The translations under genes were made by a program, and so were the position numbers. Below, piece after piece: positions 18,988 through 29,142 of a stretch of 38,836 bases of DNA. The stretch's first letter is position 1. Each line of letters starts with the position of its first letter. The stretch is taken from sequence record SRR31156797_8874; one strand, 5' to 3'. The notes under the pieces were generated by a model. It saw nothing but the letters and a program-made list of their open reading frames with translations, did no database searches and was not told where the DNA came from.

Positions 18988-20234
18988 GATATTGCAAAAG
19001 ATGTTTATACCCTGAAAATCATCCGCTTGGGATTGTTTTTGACCAAGAGGGAGTATGTAGCGGTTGTCGGGTTCATGAAGAAAAAGATGAAATCAATTGG
19101 GATGAAAGGGTAAAAATACTCGAGACTATTCTGAATGATTATCGTACTAAAAAACGTGCAATTTATGATTGTATCATTCCGGTCAGTGGTGGTCGAGATT
19201 CGTATTATATAGTCCACATTGTCAAGAATATTTTTAAGATGCATCCCCTACTTGTAAATTATAACAACCAGTATAATACTCCAGTGGGAATCAGGAATTT
19301 GTCCTATCTGCGTACACTTTTTGGGTGTGACCTGATTAGCCAAAATGTGAGTCCGTATCTAGCCCGGGCGATAACCAAGGAAACTATTCACCTTATGGGA
19401 AGTATGTATTGGCATTGTCTTGCTGGAGGTACAGTATTCCCTGTGCATATTGCTGTGAAATTTAAGATTCCATTAATTATCTGGGGTGCCCACCAAGGGT
19501 GTGATCAGGTAGGAATGTTTTCGCATTATGACGAGGTGGAGATGACCCGGAAATATCGGAAGGAGCATGATTTACTTGGATTCGAGGCCGAAGATCTTGC
19601 CCGTTGGAGTTCGACACTTCGCCCGGAAGACCTTGAGCTTTTTAAGTATCCTTATGATGGCGAGATCGCGGCTGTTGGTGTTCGGGGTATATACTTGAAC
19701 AACTATATCCGCTGGGATTCAAAGGCGCAGCACGAGAAAATGATGGACTTGTATAGGTATAAATCAGCACCTCAGCAAAGAACATTTGATACGTATAATG
19801 ACGTTGACAGTGTTCACTATTCTGGAATTCATGACTATATAAAGTTTTTGAAGTTTGGGTTTGGTAAAGTCACCGACCATGCATGCCGGGAAATCCGTCT
19901 AAAAAGACTGACAAGGGAGGAGGGGATTGGTCTTGTCCAGCGCTTTCAGGCGGTTTACCCTAAAGATTTAAACTTATTTCTAAAATGGATAGGAATGGAT
20001 GAGCCTGATTTTTGGCAGGAGATTAACAAGTTCCGAGATAAAAGAGTATGGGTGAAAGATGATCGAGGTGAATGGCAATTATCTGATAGCGTTGTGAATC
20101 ATATTAATGATGAAGGTGTTGATGCTGTCCGGTTGGAGAAAAATGGAATTTGTGATTTTAGGGTCAGTAAAGATAAAGACAGAAATCATGAAAGCAAAGA
20201 ATACATCCTCTATGGTAGGGGATGGGAAGACTAA
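18984..20234 (+). CDS. N-acetyl sugar amidotransferase (WbpG/WbuX/PseA family), copy 2
   Basis: YCKRC...CSGC, VSGGRDS, KFLKFGFG and LTREEG. Confidence 0.88.
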   Translation: MRYCKRCLYPENHPLGIVFDQEGVCSGCRVHEEKDEINWDERVKILETILNDYRTKKRAIYDCIIPVSGGRDSYYIVHIVKNIFKMHPLLVNYNNQYNTPVGIRNLSYLRTLFGCDLISQNVSPYLARAITKETIHLMGSMYWHCLAGGTVFPVHIAVKFKIPLIIWGAHQGCDQVGMFSHYDEVEMTRKYRKEHDLLGFEAEDLARWSSTLRPEDLELFKYPYDGEIAAVGVRGIYLNNYIRWDSKAQHEKMMDLYRYKSAPQQRTFDTYNDVDSVHYSGIHDYIKFLKFGFGKVTDHACREIRLKRLTREEGIGLVQRFQAVYPKDLNLFLKWIGMDEPDFWQEINKFRDKRVWVKDDRGEWQLSDSVVNHINDEGVDAVRLEKNGICDFRVSKDKDRNHESKEYILYGRGWED

Positions 20235-20404
20235 TGTCTGCAACATTCAGAACGGGTGATAAGGTGGTTACCGCAGCTGTAATTTTATCACAGAGCGCAT
20301 GTGTTTTTATGAATTAGGTATTTACGGAATAATGCACTCTGGAATGACTATAAAAGGTCTTTATCATTTTGCTGATGTGCTAACTACAAAAGGAAAGGGT
20401 ACTA

Positions 20405-21361
20405 ATGGATGCCTATATGAGTGAAATGAAAACATGTATAATTTCTGGCCCTAAACGGTCTGGGACAACATTACTGAGTAGGATGTTTGATTCCCATCCT
20501 GACTTAATGGTATTTCTTCAAGAAGGTTATTTTTGGGAACATGTTTACAAATATGATATCAAAAAACAGATTAACCTACTCCTTGATATATTTACTTGTT
20601 CCGATAGCAATGAAATATTTGAGAGTATTTTAGATCGGAGGATTTTGCCTTGTGCAGACGGTGTTTATGATCAAAGATACCTGGCGGTCGAGTTTTCAAA
20701 AGAATTGCAATTTAATTCGAAAAAATTTAAACGAGGCCTGAAGCAACTTAAGGGGTGTAATCGTATCCAAGACATTTGGAATGTTTTTGTTGATACTTAC
20801 TCAAAGTCATTTGATTATGATTTAAAAGCCATGAAGGCCTCGTTAATCAAATGTGCCGATTATGGTCAGACAATTTTAGCAGCACAAAAGTATTTATCCA
20901 ATGTTAAAAGTATCTTTATTATTCGAAATCCGTTTTATGCCATAGAGTCTTTAAAGAAGTCACGAGATATGGGCGGGGGAAAGGGGTTACACCCTGTAAA
21001 TTTTGCTGAAGTAATTTCTGATTATTTGTTTTTCTGGAACAATAAAAGTGAAATTTTAAAACCGGGAACATTGCTAATTTGCTACGAAGAATTGGTCATC
21101 AACCCAAGAAATGTGACAAAAAGAATGGCGGATCATTTAGAGATTTCGTTTAAAGAGATCTTGCTAAGACCAACCTTGGTAGGGGAATCATGGGCCGGAT
21201 TGAGTTCATTCAAGGCGACATCTGGAATTGATTCAACCGTATTGGATAGAAAGCTTAAGCTACTCAATGAATTTGAGATTGAAACAATAAAAAAACACTT
21301 ATCTCCTTTATTACAGGAATATGGATATGATATTGGCACTCAATTGCCGGTTTATTTATAA
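20405..21361 (+). CDS. PAPS-dependent sulfotransferase
   Basis: 5'-PSB motif GPKRSGTTLL..FDSHP, 3'-PB motif IIRNP...S, and YEELVINP. Confidence 0.82.
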   Translation: MDAYMSEMKTCIISGPKRSGTTLLSRMFDSHPDLMVFLQEGYFWEHVYKYDIKKQINLLLDIFTCSDSNEIFESILDRRILPCADGVYDQRYLAVEFSKELQFNSKKFKRGLKQLKGCNRIQDIWNVFVDTYSKSFDYDLKAMKASLIKCADYGQTILAAQKYLSNVKSIFIIRNPFYAIESLKKSRDMGGGKGLHPVNFAEVISDYLFFWNNKSEILKPGTLLICYEELVINPRNVTKRMADHLEISFKEILLRPTLVGESWAGLSSFKATSGIDSTVLDRKLKLLNEFEIETIKKHLSPLLQEYGYDIGTQLPVYL

Positions 21362-21428
21362 TGAATATTATAATAGAAAGTAATTCATACCCAAAATACA
21401 TTTCTATATTTTTCGTTGAGGTAAAACA

Positions 21429-22493
21429 ATGATAAAACTTGAAAAATACACTATCTTTGCGTCTGATATAGTAACGGATGCAATTAAATCAATGAATGTC
21501 AATGGTGTTAATTTGTTGGTGGTTATAGATTCGGACCACAAAGCTCTGGGGGTTTTTACAATTGCAGACTTTCGAAAAGCGGTTTTACAAGGTTTGGATA
21601 TAAATGAAGAAGTATCGAAAGTAATTAATAGAAATTATTTTAGCTTAAATAAAGGGTTTACTAGGGAAGAAGCCATTTACTTATTTGAAAAAGTGAATGA
21701 TTTACCGGTTTTTGAAGATGGTAAGTTGGTTGATGTCCTGAATAAAAATGATTTTTTATCAATTGCTGAAGCTAAAAACCTAAATAATAAAATAAAGAAT
21801 CTGCCTGTAATCATTATGGCAGGGGGCAAAGGCAAACGGTTAGATCCGTTTACACGTATTCTTCCGAAGCCACTAATTCCATTAGGTAATGATCCTGTGA
21901 TCAAGGTCATCATGGACGAATTTGGGAAGTTCAATATAAGCAATTTTTATATATCCATAAGAGACAAAGGGCAGATGATTAAAGCTTATTTTCACGATTC
22001 TGATTTAGTCGGTGATTATAGCATTCAGTATGTCGAGGAAAACAAGCCTCTTGGCACAGCAGGATCCTTGAAGTATTTAGAGGGTAAAATCGAAACAGAA
22101 TTCTTTGTTTCTAACTGTGATATTATTGTAAATACGGATTATGAATCAGTTTACGATTTCCATAAAAAAGGTTCATATAATCTAACCATTATCGCAGCTA
22201 TGCGTTCTTTCACAATCCCCTATGGCGTTTGTGATGTTATAAATGGAGGGGATTTGGAAAAAATTAACGAAAAACCAGAATATAGTTTTGTTGTTAATAC
22301 AGGATTATATTTGATAGAGCCTGAAGTGTTGAGCTTTATTCCTGAGAATAGATATTTTGATATGACTGACCTGATCGATAAAATAGATCAAGGGGGCTTA
22401 AAGGTTGGCGTTTATCCGGTGCCTGAAAAATCATGGATTGATGTCGGGCAGTGGGCTGAATATAAGAAAACGATTGAAGAATGGAAACTTTAA
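21429..22493 (+). CDS. CBS-domain sugar-1-phosphate nucleotidyltransferase (PtmE/LegX-like)
   Basis: N-terminal CBS pair; IMAGGKGKRL..LPKPL, PLGTAGSL, VSNCD, IPYGV, EKP and WIDVG motifs. Confidence 0.88.
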   Translation: MIKLEKYTIFASDIVTDAIKSMNVNGVNLLVVIDSDHKALGVFTIADFRKAVLQGLDINEEVSKVINRNYFSLNKGFTREEAIYLFEKVNDLPVFEDGKLVDVLNKNDFLSIAEAKNLNNKIKNLPVIIMAGGKGKRLDPFTRILPKPLIPLGNDPVIKVIMDEFGKFNISNFYISIRDKGQMIKAYFHDSDLVGDYSIQYVEENKPLGTAGSLKYLEGKIETEFFVSNCDIIVNTDYESVYDFHKKGSYNLTIIAAMRSFTIPYGVCDVINGGDLEKINEKPEYSFVVNTGLYLIEPEVLSFIPENRYFDMTDLIDKIDQGGLKVGVYPVPEKSWIDVGQWAEYKKTIEEWKL

Positions 22494-24022
22494 AAATGGG
22501 GGAGCAAGAAGGTGCGGTAAAAAATGTATTGTTGAATCGGTTTTCAATGGAATCTGTGGGTGAATTTAGTCGCCAGTTTGAGAAAGAAGCCAGGATAAAG
22601 TTAGTAATACTTCAAAGTGAAAAAATCAGATCAAATGATGAAACGGAGTACCATAATAGTCAATCGCTTTCAAAAGGGATAGGAATAGATTTATATCCAT
22701 GGATTATAGCTGGTTCTGATTTGAAATTCTTTAGTGAATATGAAGGGATTTTTTTAAGTCTTCTTTCACGTTGCGATGTCTATAAAAATGCATTTACCAC
22801 AGAAGAAATGGCAGACCATTATTACCGGCTGATTAATTTTTGGGTAAACAATATTGAAAATAAAAAAATAGACATCATATACTCACTTGATATACCACAT
22901 GTTCCCGTGTCATTTGCATTATATCTTGTCGCAAAATACTTGAAAATCCCGCATATATATCTTGATTGTGCACTTGTTTATAATTCTTTTCATTTTTTGG
23001 GGTGTTCTTTTAGTAATAGAATGCTTTTAGTTGAAAATGAAGGGGTTACTTCAAGCAAGTTTGCATATGCTCATGAGCGCTACTTGTCTGAATTCTCATC
23101 AAGTTCCTCTCCCATAACGCCTAAGTATAAAATTCATTTTCGCGGTATAGATAGATCATGGTGGAAAATCCTGGCCACAGATATTAGCAGTAGTTTGCCA
23201 TTTTCTGTTAAATCTTTACTTCGAGGGAAGCTTGAATTTAGAGGTTTTTACACTACAGAGCAGGCATGGAAGGTTTCACGTAGGCAGTGGGCTGACCCAA
23301 GGTCCGGATTTACTCGCATATTATATTTTTTCGCAAAACTTCGTGAACGTATGAAGGTTGTGTTGTCTAGAAAAAGATATAGGAAGATGTGCAGTTCTCA
23401 AGAAAATTTGGGGCAATATGTTTTTTTCGCTCCTCCATCGGAACCAGAGGCTTCAACATTACCGGTCGCCTTGGAGTCTCGGCGCATTTATATTGCATTA
23501 AGGTTGCTTGTGGATGCGTTACCAGAAGGTGTAACTGTTGTGTATAAAGAACATCAAGCGTCATTTGACCAACTACTTCTTTTTATTTATGACTGGAAAA
23601 GCAAGTTTTATTATGAAGACTTGGCAAAGCTTGGAAATGTGATTTTTGTGCGTGAGGACATTTCTTCGCATGAGTTGATTGAGAATGCCATTGGAGTCGC
23701 AACCATTAACGGAACTATTGGCCTGGAAGCAATAGCAATGGGTAAGCGCTGTATTACATTTGCGCCCCAATGGTACGACAGGTTAGATGGTATTCACAGG
23801 ATTCAGTCGGTAAAGGATGTTGCTAATGCGCTGGACTTGATGATGAAAAAAAATCCTCCTAATCCTCAAGCTACCCAAGTTGCTTTTTCAAAACATTTTG
23901 TCGAACTGGAAGGTCTTGACAATAGTACTTTTACCAAGACAGATTACAGACATATCTGCCGTGCAATGTGGGCTGCATACAAAGATTTCTCAAGTCTCGA
24001 CGACAGAAAATGGGAAGTATAG
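22481..24022 (+). CDS. Capsule_synth/KpsS-like protein, candidate ulosonate transferase
   Basis: YVFFAPPSEPEAST, VVYKEHQ and VATINGTIGLEA...GK segments; alternative start at 22496. Confidence 0.6.
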   Translation: METLKMGEQEGAVKNVLLNRFSMESVGEFSRQFEKEARIKLVILQSEKIRSNDETEYHNSQSLSKGIGIDLYPWIIAGSDLKFFSEYEGIFLSLLSRCDVYKNAFTTEEMADHYYRLINFWVNNIENKKIDIIYSLDIPHVPVSFALYLVAKYLKIPHIYLDCALVYNSFHFLGCSFSNRMLLVENEGVTSSKFAYAHERYLSEFSSSSSPITPKYKIHFRGIDRSWWKILATDISSSLPFSVKSLLRGKLEFRGFYTTEQAWKVSRRQWADPRSGFTRILYFFAKLRERMKVVLSRKRYRKMCSSQENLGQYVFFAPPSEPEASTLPVALESRRIYIALRLLVDALPEGVTVVYKEHQASFDQLLLFIYDWKSKFYYEDLAKLGNVIFVREDISSHELIENAIGVATINGTIGLEAIAMGKRCITFAPQWYDRLDGIHRIQSVKDVANALDLMMKKNPPNPQATQVAFSKHFVELEGLDNSTFTKTDYRHICRAMWAAYKDFSSLDDRKWEV

Positions 24023-24064
24023 ACATGCGGTTTTTATTTTATTACTCCTCGGAAGTATCTTGAT

Positions 24065-25423
24065 ATGTCCAAAGAGTGTTTAGCCCAGGAAGCAAATTTT
24101 GCTAAGTTTGTTGAGAATTGTGCGGATATAATTTATCCCGTTGACTCCACTGATAACAGGTACCTAAAAAGTCTTTTCATAAGAATATGCGCTGGCCAAC
24201 AAGATCTTAAAAAGTTGTTTTTTCAAGGGCATGAGAAGCAATTATTTAAAGCGGCCAGCATTGGTGAGACCATTTTTTTTTCAGAAGTTATTGCACTCAC
24301 CAAAAAAATACCCAGAGCATTAGGTTTTTTGCTTCTAAAATTTTATTTTTTTTTAGTTTTATTTAAGTCTGTTATTTATGGTTCTAATAAAAATGCTGCT
24401 GAAAAAATTGAAAAGATAAATAATAAAATATTATTGGTGTCTAATTTAAAACGACTTACATTGCGCTTTGCAGAAGTGATAGATTGCTATGACTATATTT
24501 TGGAAGTATCTGTAAATGGTAAAGTTCAGATTATTAATAAAAATCACAGCAAGTCTTTTAGTTTCTTTTTACCAAGACTTAGCATAAGACAGTTTTTTTT
24601 GATTTTATCTTCACCAGTATGGCAAACCAGTTATTTAATACGTGCTTTGAGGTTAAAGAACTTAATAGATAGGTTTAATTTCAAAGAAATTTATATAATG
24701 GATGGTGATGCACCAAGTCATGTCAGTGCTGCATATGCGGCAAAATTGTCATCAATACCTAGCATCGGAATCCAGTGGGGTGGAATGCTGATGGGGGTAA
24801 AGCCGGGATACAAATTATTCCCATTCGATCATTTCTTTTGTACTGGACCATTTTATATCGACCAATTAAGTCCATTTTCAAAAAATACTAACTTTTCTGT
24901 GTGCAGCCCAAAGTATAAAAATAACGATATTTATGAAAAGCCAACAAATCAGGACCGAAATCAGTCTCTTCTTTTTCTTCTAAACAGTGGAACGGTAATA
25001 TCTAAACAAGAAAGTGATGGTTTGATAGAGCTGTGTTTAAATACAAAACGTAGGTTCCCAGACCTAAATGTTACTGCTCGACCGCATCCGCGGATGGATT
25101 TAGATTCTAATGTGATTTCAAATCTAACATCAGCAGGGATCACTGTTGACAATTCCCAAAGTCCTGCATCAGCATTGATGTCACACAAAATTTTGATCGG
25201 TCATGTTTCAAGTATGATGATTGAATGCTTGGAGTATGATTGTTTTCCTGTTTTTTATGATATCGGTTTAGATGAGCTATTCCCCGACATAGTCAAGCTG
25301 TCAGCTGCAAGAATTATTAAAAATGAAGAAGAATGGTTCAATTTGTTAGATGATATGTTGTCAAATTACGATGAGTATGTGGTTTCTTCAAATTTGAAAT
25401 TATCTTTATTTGGTCATGCCTAA
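24065..25423 (+). CDS. Hypothetical GT-B-like protein, possible ulosonate transferase
   Basis: GIQWG, VTARPHPR (HP motif) and SSMMIE segments; AT-rich. Confidence 0.45.
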   Translation: MSKECLAQEANFAKFVENCADIIYPVDSTDNRYLKSLFIRICAGQQDLKKLFFQGHEKQLFKAASIGETIFFSEVIALTKKIPRALGFLLLKFYFFLVLFKSVIYGSNKNAAEKIEKINNKILLVSNLKRLTLRFAEVIDCYDYILEVSVNGKVQIINKNHSKSFSFFLPRLSIRQFFLILSSPVWQTSYLIRALRLKNLIDRFNFKEIYIMDGDAPSHVSAAYAAKLSSIPSIGIQWGGMLMGVKPGYKLFPFDHFFCTGPFYIDQLSPFSKNTNFSVCSPKYKNNDIYEKPTNQDRNQSLLFLLNSGTVISKQESDGLIELCLNTKRRFPDLNVTARPHPRMDLDSNVISNLTSAGITVDNSQSPASALMSHKILIGHVSSMMIECLEYDCFPVFYDIGLDELFPDIVKLSAARIIKNEEEWFNLLDDMLSNYDEYVVSSNLKLSLFGHA

Positions 25424-25515
25424 CATGTTCCAGGTGATTAGTTCTAAGAATTATTGCCTCAAGTAATTCACTTGCTATTGGCATCTTAATTAAATTCATT
25501 AAACGGATATTTATT

Positions 25516-26397
25516 ATGAAAAATCTCTATACCCTTTTGAGTAATGTTTTAGGACACCCTTTGAATCAGGGAGGAATGTTGGCTGCTTTGGGGCGCGTGC
25601 TTCGTTGGCAGCTTGGCTCTCGACTTTTGCCACTATCCTGTGCGTTACCTTTTATCAATGATACGAGGTTGTTGGCATCTCGTGGGATGACAGTTGCGGC
25701 TGGGAACTGGTACTGTGGGCTTCTTGAAGAGGTGGAGATGGGGTTCTTGCTGCATGCGCTGCGATCGAACGACTTGTTCGTAGATGTCGGTGCTAATGTG
25801 GGTAGCTATACAGTGCTGGCAGCTGGCGCAGTTGCCGCTGATGTAATTGCTGTGGAGCCATTGCCCAGCACTTTCGAATCGTTGCAGCAGAACGTTGTAT
25901 TAAATCAGCTAGGCTCACGGGTTAGTTGCTTAAATACAGGCTTGGGGGAGCAGGACGGCAAACTGCGTTTTACTTCTGGCCAGGGAGCAACAAATCATGT
26001 GCTTGCCTCAGGTGAGTTAGGCGAGTCGGTTGAAGTAGATGTGACCACTCTAGATGACCTTTGCGCAGATAGAGTGCCGACGATACTTAAAATTGATGTT
26101 GAGGGGTATGAGAATGCTGTCATAACTGGTGGCATGCGAACGCTGGCAAATCCCGATCTGCAGGTGGTGATTATGGAAACAAATGACAGCGGTCTGCGTT
26201 ATGGTTGGGGAGATGCTGTACTGGTAGATCGGATGCGCAAGCTAGGCTTCGTCACCTGTACCTATGATCCGTTGGCTAGAAAACTTTTGGTTGCCTCGCC
26301 AAAAGGCAGCAATGCCATATTTGTAAGAGGGGTGGAAAACCTTCAGGATCGTGTAAGCAAAGCACCTAAATTCCAATTGGTTAATCGTGAGATTTAG
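25516..26397 (+). CDS. FkbM-family methyltransferase
   Basis: FVDVGANVGSY, AVEP, TTLDD and LKIDVEGYE motifs. Confidence 0.9.
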   Translation: MKNLYTLLSNVLGHPLNQGGMLAALGRVLRWQLGSRLLPLSCALPFINDTRLLASRGMTVAAGNWYCGLLEEVEMGFLLHALRSNDLFVDVGANVGSYTVLAAGAVAADVIAVEPLPSTFESLQQNVVLNQLGSRVSCLNTGLGEQDGKLRFTSGQGATNHVLASGELGESVEVDVTTLDDLCADRVPTILKIDVEGYENAVITGGMRTLANPDLQVVIMETNDSGLRYGWGDAVLVDRMRKLGFVTCTYDPLARKLLVASPKGSNAIFVRGVENLQDRVSKAPKFQLVNREI

Positions 26398-26479
26398 TTA
26401 TCCGTCGACTAAACAAGAACATTCTGCTCTGTGGATATAATTTGTCATCAGAATGCTACCTAATAAAGCTTTTTAGAAA

Positions 26480-27658
26480 ATGAGGTCTACGGAAAATTAT
26501 ACAATAAAATTATTTACTATTCTGCAATTTGCCATAACTGCATCTGCAGTACATACTGGTTTTATGGCCGCACACATGGGTCAGTCTCTCGGGAATCTAA
26601 TAATACTAGTGATTATTGTCTTAGGATTTTTAATATATGGAAAATTATCCTTAACAATCTTTCCATTATTAATTACAGCGCTATCAATAATTGGGTATTT
26701 ATTAATTCCTGGTAATTTTACATTTGGTGTTCCACTATTGCCTTTTGTTGGATTATTTTTAGTTCCTAAGCACTATAATCTAAATGAGCTAAGAGAAAAA
26801 TATGGAAAGATTGCCAAAAGAATATCTCTAATAAATATAATATTAATATATATAATCTGTTATGTAGCGACAGTCCATTTTGATCTACGTCTAACAAATA
26901 ACATATCAATACTATTTATATCTCTTATTTTGATTAATTTATTATTCTTTAGAGAACCTTTTTTTATGACTGTTCTCCTCGGGACAATTCTTTGTCTTTT
27001 ATTCACCCCTGGTTCGGCATCAAAAGAATCGATAGCGTTATTTGGTATTAGAACGGTTGGCCCGGGTAATCGTTCAGCTATATTTTTAATATTTTTTTTG
27101 ATCAATAAAGAATACATCACGAAATTTTATTCGGTATTGGTGAAGAAAAAATATTTTGTTAAAATGTGTATATTGATGTGCTTATCTATGTTTGGATTTT
27201 ATATGTTTGTAGATTCGTTTTTGCATCGCCCCAAAATGCAAAATCTATATAATGACCCTCGTTTTTTATGGTTTTATCCACTGCTGCAACTTTTAATAAA
27301 TGATGGAATAATTACTTTTTTTAATGAGGGCTCTGAGTTACTTTCTTTTCTTGGTGATGGAAGAACAAACCCCCATAACTCGTTTTTTTACCTTCTTCTA
27401 TCTGAATATTGGGTTGGTTTGTCAAAAATTGTAATTTACCTATTGTCAATTTTAGTTATTCCGATATCTGCTTGGATGGCAATCTGTGGTAGAGCATCTT
27501 TTGATATTTTTTTTCTCCTAGGTCCCCTCGGCATTATTTTTATGTCATTTTTCAGGGTTAGCTACCAGGAGAGATTTCGAAGATTTCGATGGCATAGCTC
27601 TAAGCATTACAAAGAAATGAATTCTCCAGCAGAAAACTACAGGGGATCAAAACCATAA
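26480..27658 (+). CDS. Multi-pass membrane protein, putative Wzy polymerase or O-antigen ligase-like
   Basis: About 10 hydrophobic segments, NRSA, a large loop with NPHNSF; very AT-rich. Confidence 0.55.
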   Translation: MRSTENYTIKLFTILQFAITASAVHTGFMAAHMGQSLGNLIILVIIVLGFLIYGKLSLTIFPLLITALSIIGYLLIPGNFTFGVPLLPFVGLFLVPKHYNLNELREKYGKIAKRISLINIILIYIICYVATVHFDLRLTNNISILFISLILINLLFFREPFFMTVLLGTILCLLFTPGSASKESIALFGIRTVGPGNRSAIFLIFFLINKEYITKFYSVLVKKKYFVKMCILMCLSMFGFYMFVDSFLHRPKMQNLYNDPRFLWFYPLLQLLINDGIITFFNEGSELLSFLGDGRTNPHNSFFYLLLSEYWVGLSKIVIYLLSILVIPISAWMAICGRASFDIFFLLGPLGIIFMSFFRVSYQERFRRFRWHSSKHYKEMNSPAENYRGSKP

Positions 27659-27930
27659 CCTTATTCTCAGATTAATCCATTGCCCATCCAACCGAGTATT
27701 TTTGTGAGAGCTGGATATCTATATGATTTCGGCTGCTTAGGGGGAACAAAAATCTTGTCAAAAGGACGAGACTGGGTTTTTGGGCAAAGTTTGTGGTCGT
27801 TTGTACCTTTTTGAAATTAAAGTTAATAATTTCAAGGTGCATGATATTTCCCCATACCTTTGTCAATAAAAAATTGTATTGGGTCTACCATAAAAGTACA
27901 TAATCCGACATCAATGAGAATTTATAGAAA

Positions 27931-29142
27931 ATGAAAATAGTTTTTGTTTCTCAGTTTTATTCTGAAGGAATGGGGTACACGGAGAATATCCTACCGAAGT
28001 ATCTGTCAAAGCTTGGGCATGAGGTGGTCGTTCTTGCTTCAGATCTGCAAGTGTATGGCAACACACCTGAATATGCATCTAACTATGAAGGTTTTCTGGG
28101 ACCCGCAAAGTGCGAGATAGGAGAATACACACAAGAAGGGTTTATTTTACACCGACTGAGGCATTACTCTATTAATGAGTATATAGGGTTAAGGGGCCTT
28201 TCAGAAGCTTTGAAAGTGCTTTGCCCTGATGTGGTTCAGTTTAGTCAAGCAGCTGGCTTAGATACCTTCACCGCATTAATTCGTCCCCAAAAACTATTAT
28301 GGCCCATCTTCACTGAGTGCCATCAACATGCCTCAATAGCTAGAAACCCGCAATCAAGCTTAAGTGTATCTCAGATTATAAAAAATATTGGGTATCGAGC
28401 TACAAGAACTCTCCCCTCGTGGCTTGCACATAAACGCGTGGAAAAATGTTTTGCAATAGCTCCTGATTGTGAAGAAATAGCTCAAACACTCTATGGTGTA
28501 CCGGCAGAAAAATTGGTTCTGCTGCCACTGGGAACAGATACAGATCTTTTTCATCCATGTGAGTCGGATTATGATCAAATAGAAAGAAATAAAGTCCGAA
28601 AATCATTTGGGGTGCAAGAAGATGATATTTTGATCGTTTATACAGGACGCTTCAGTCATGGTAAAAATCCACTAATTTTGGCGAAGGCAGTTGATAAACT
28701 CCGTCAGCAGGGGATGACTTTTGCCGCACTTTTTGTAGGTTCTGGAGTGCAACAAGATGCAATTCAAAGACTTTCTGGAAGTAATGTAATTGGGTTTCAG
28801 AAACAGGCTAAGTTAGCAGCCTTATATCGTGCAGCCGATATAGGCGTATGGCCTCGGGAGGAGTCAATGTCTATGTTGGATGCTGCCGCTACTGGTCTGC
28901 CTTTAGTGGTAAGTGAAAATATGGGTGAACAAGAACGAGTCAATGGAAGTGGGTTGACATATAGTGAAAATGATATCAATTCTCTTATTTTGATGCTGTC
29001 TAAACTGACCGATAGAGCCTACAGATTGAAACTCGGGAGTGTGGGGCGGCAGAGGATGATTGCATCCTTCAGTTGGCGTAAGCACGCAGAATCACGCATT
29101 GCATATTACCAAAAAGCTTTATCAGCAAAACGCATGCTCTGA
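27931..29142 (+). CDS. Glycosyltransferase family 4
   Basis: LGHEVVV, LPLGTD, YTGRFSHGKN, and AADIGVWP...DAAATGLPLV. Confidence 0.85.
   Translation: MKIVFVSQFYSEGMGYTENILPKYLSKLGHEVVVLASDLQVYGNTPEYASNYEGFLGPAKCEIGEYTQEGFILHRLRHYSINEYIGLRGLSEALKVLCPDVVQFSQAAGLDTFTALIRPQKLLWPIFTECHQHASIARNPQSSLSVSQIIKNIGYRATRTLPSWLAHKRVEKCFAIAPDCEEIAQTLYGVPAEKLVLLPLGTDTDLFHPCESDYDQIERNKVRKSFGVQEDDILIVYTGRFSHGKNPLILAKAVDKLRQQGMTFAALFVGSGVQQDAIQRLSGSNVIGFQKQAKLAALYRAADIGVWPREESMSMLDAAATGLPLVVSENMGEQERVNGSGLTYSENDINSLILMLSKLTDRAYRLKLGSVGRQRMIASFSWRKHAESRIAYYQKALSAKRML

Noticed and set aside
20234-20404. Possible DegT aminotransferase remnant (GDKVVT...FADV across frames)
   Set aside because: Motif spacing is too long and requires a frameshift; not supportable without a search.
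27659-27930. Possible methyltransferase remnant (LYDFGCLGG) in the 270-bp gap
   Set aside because: A single short motif-like match with no further support.
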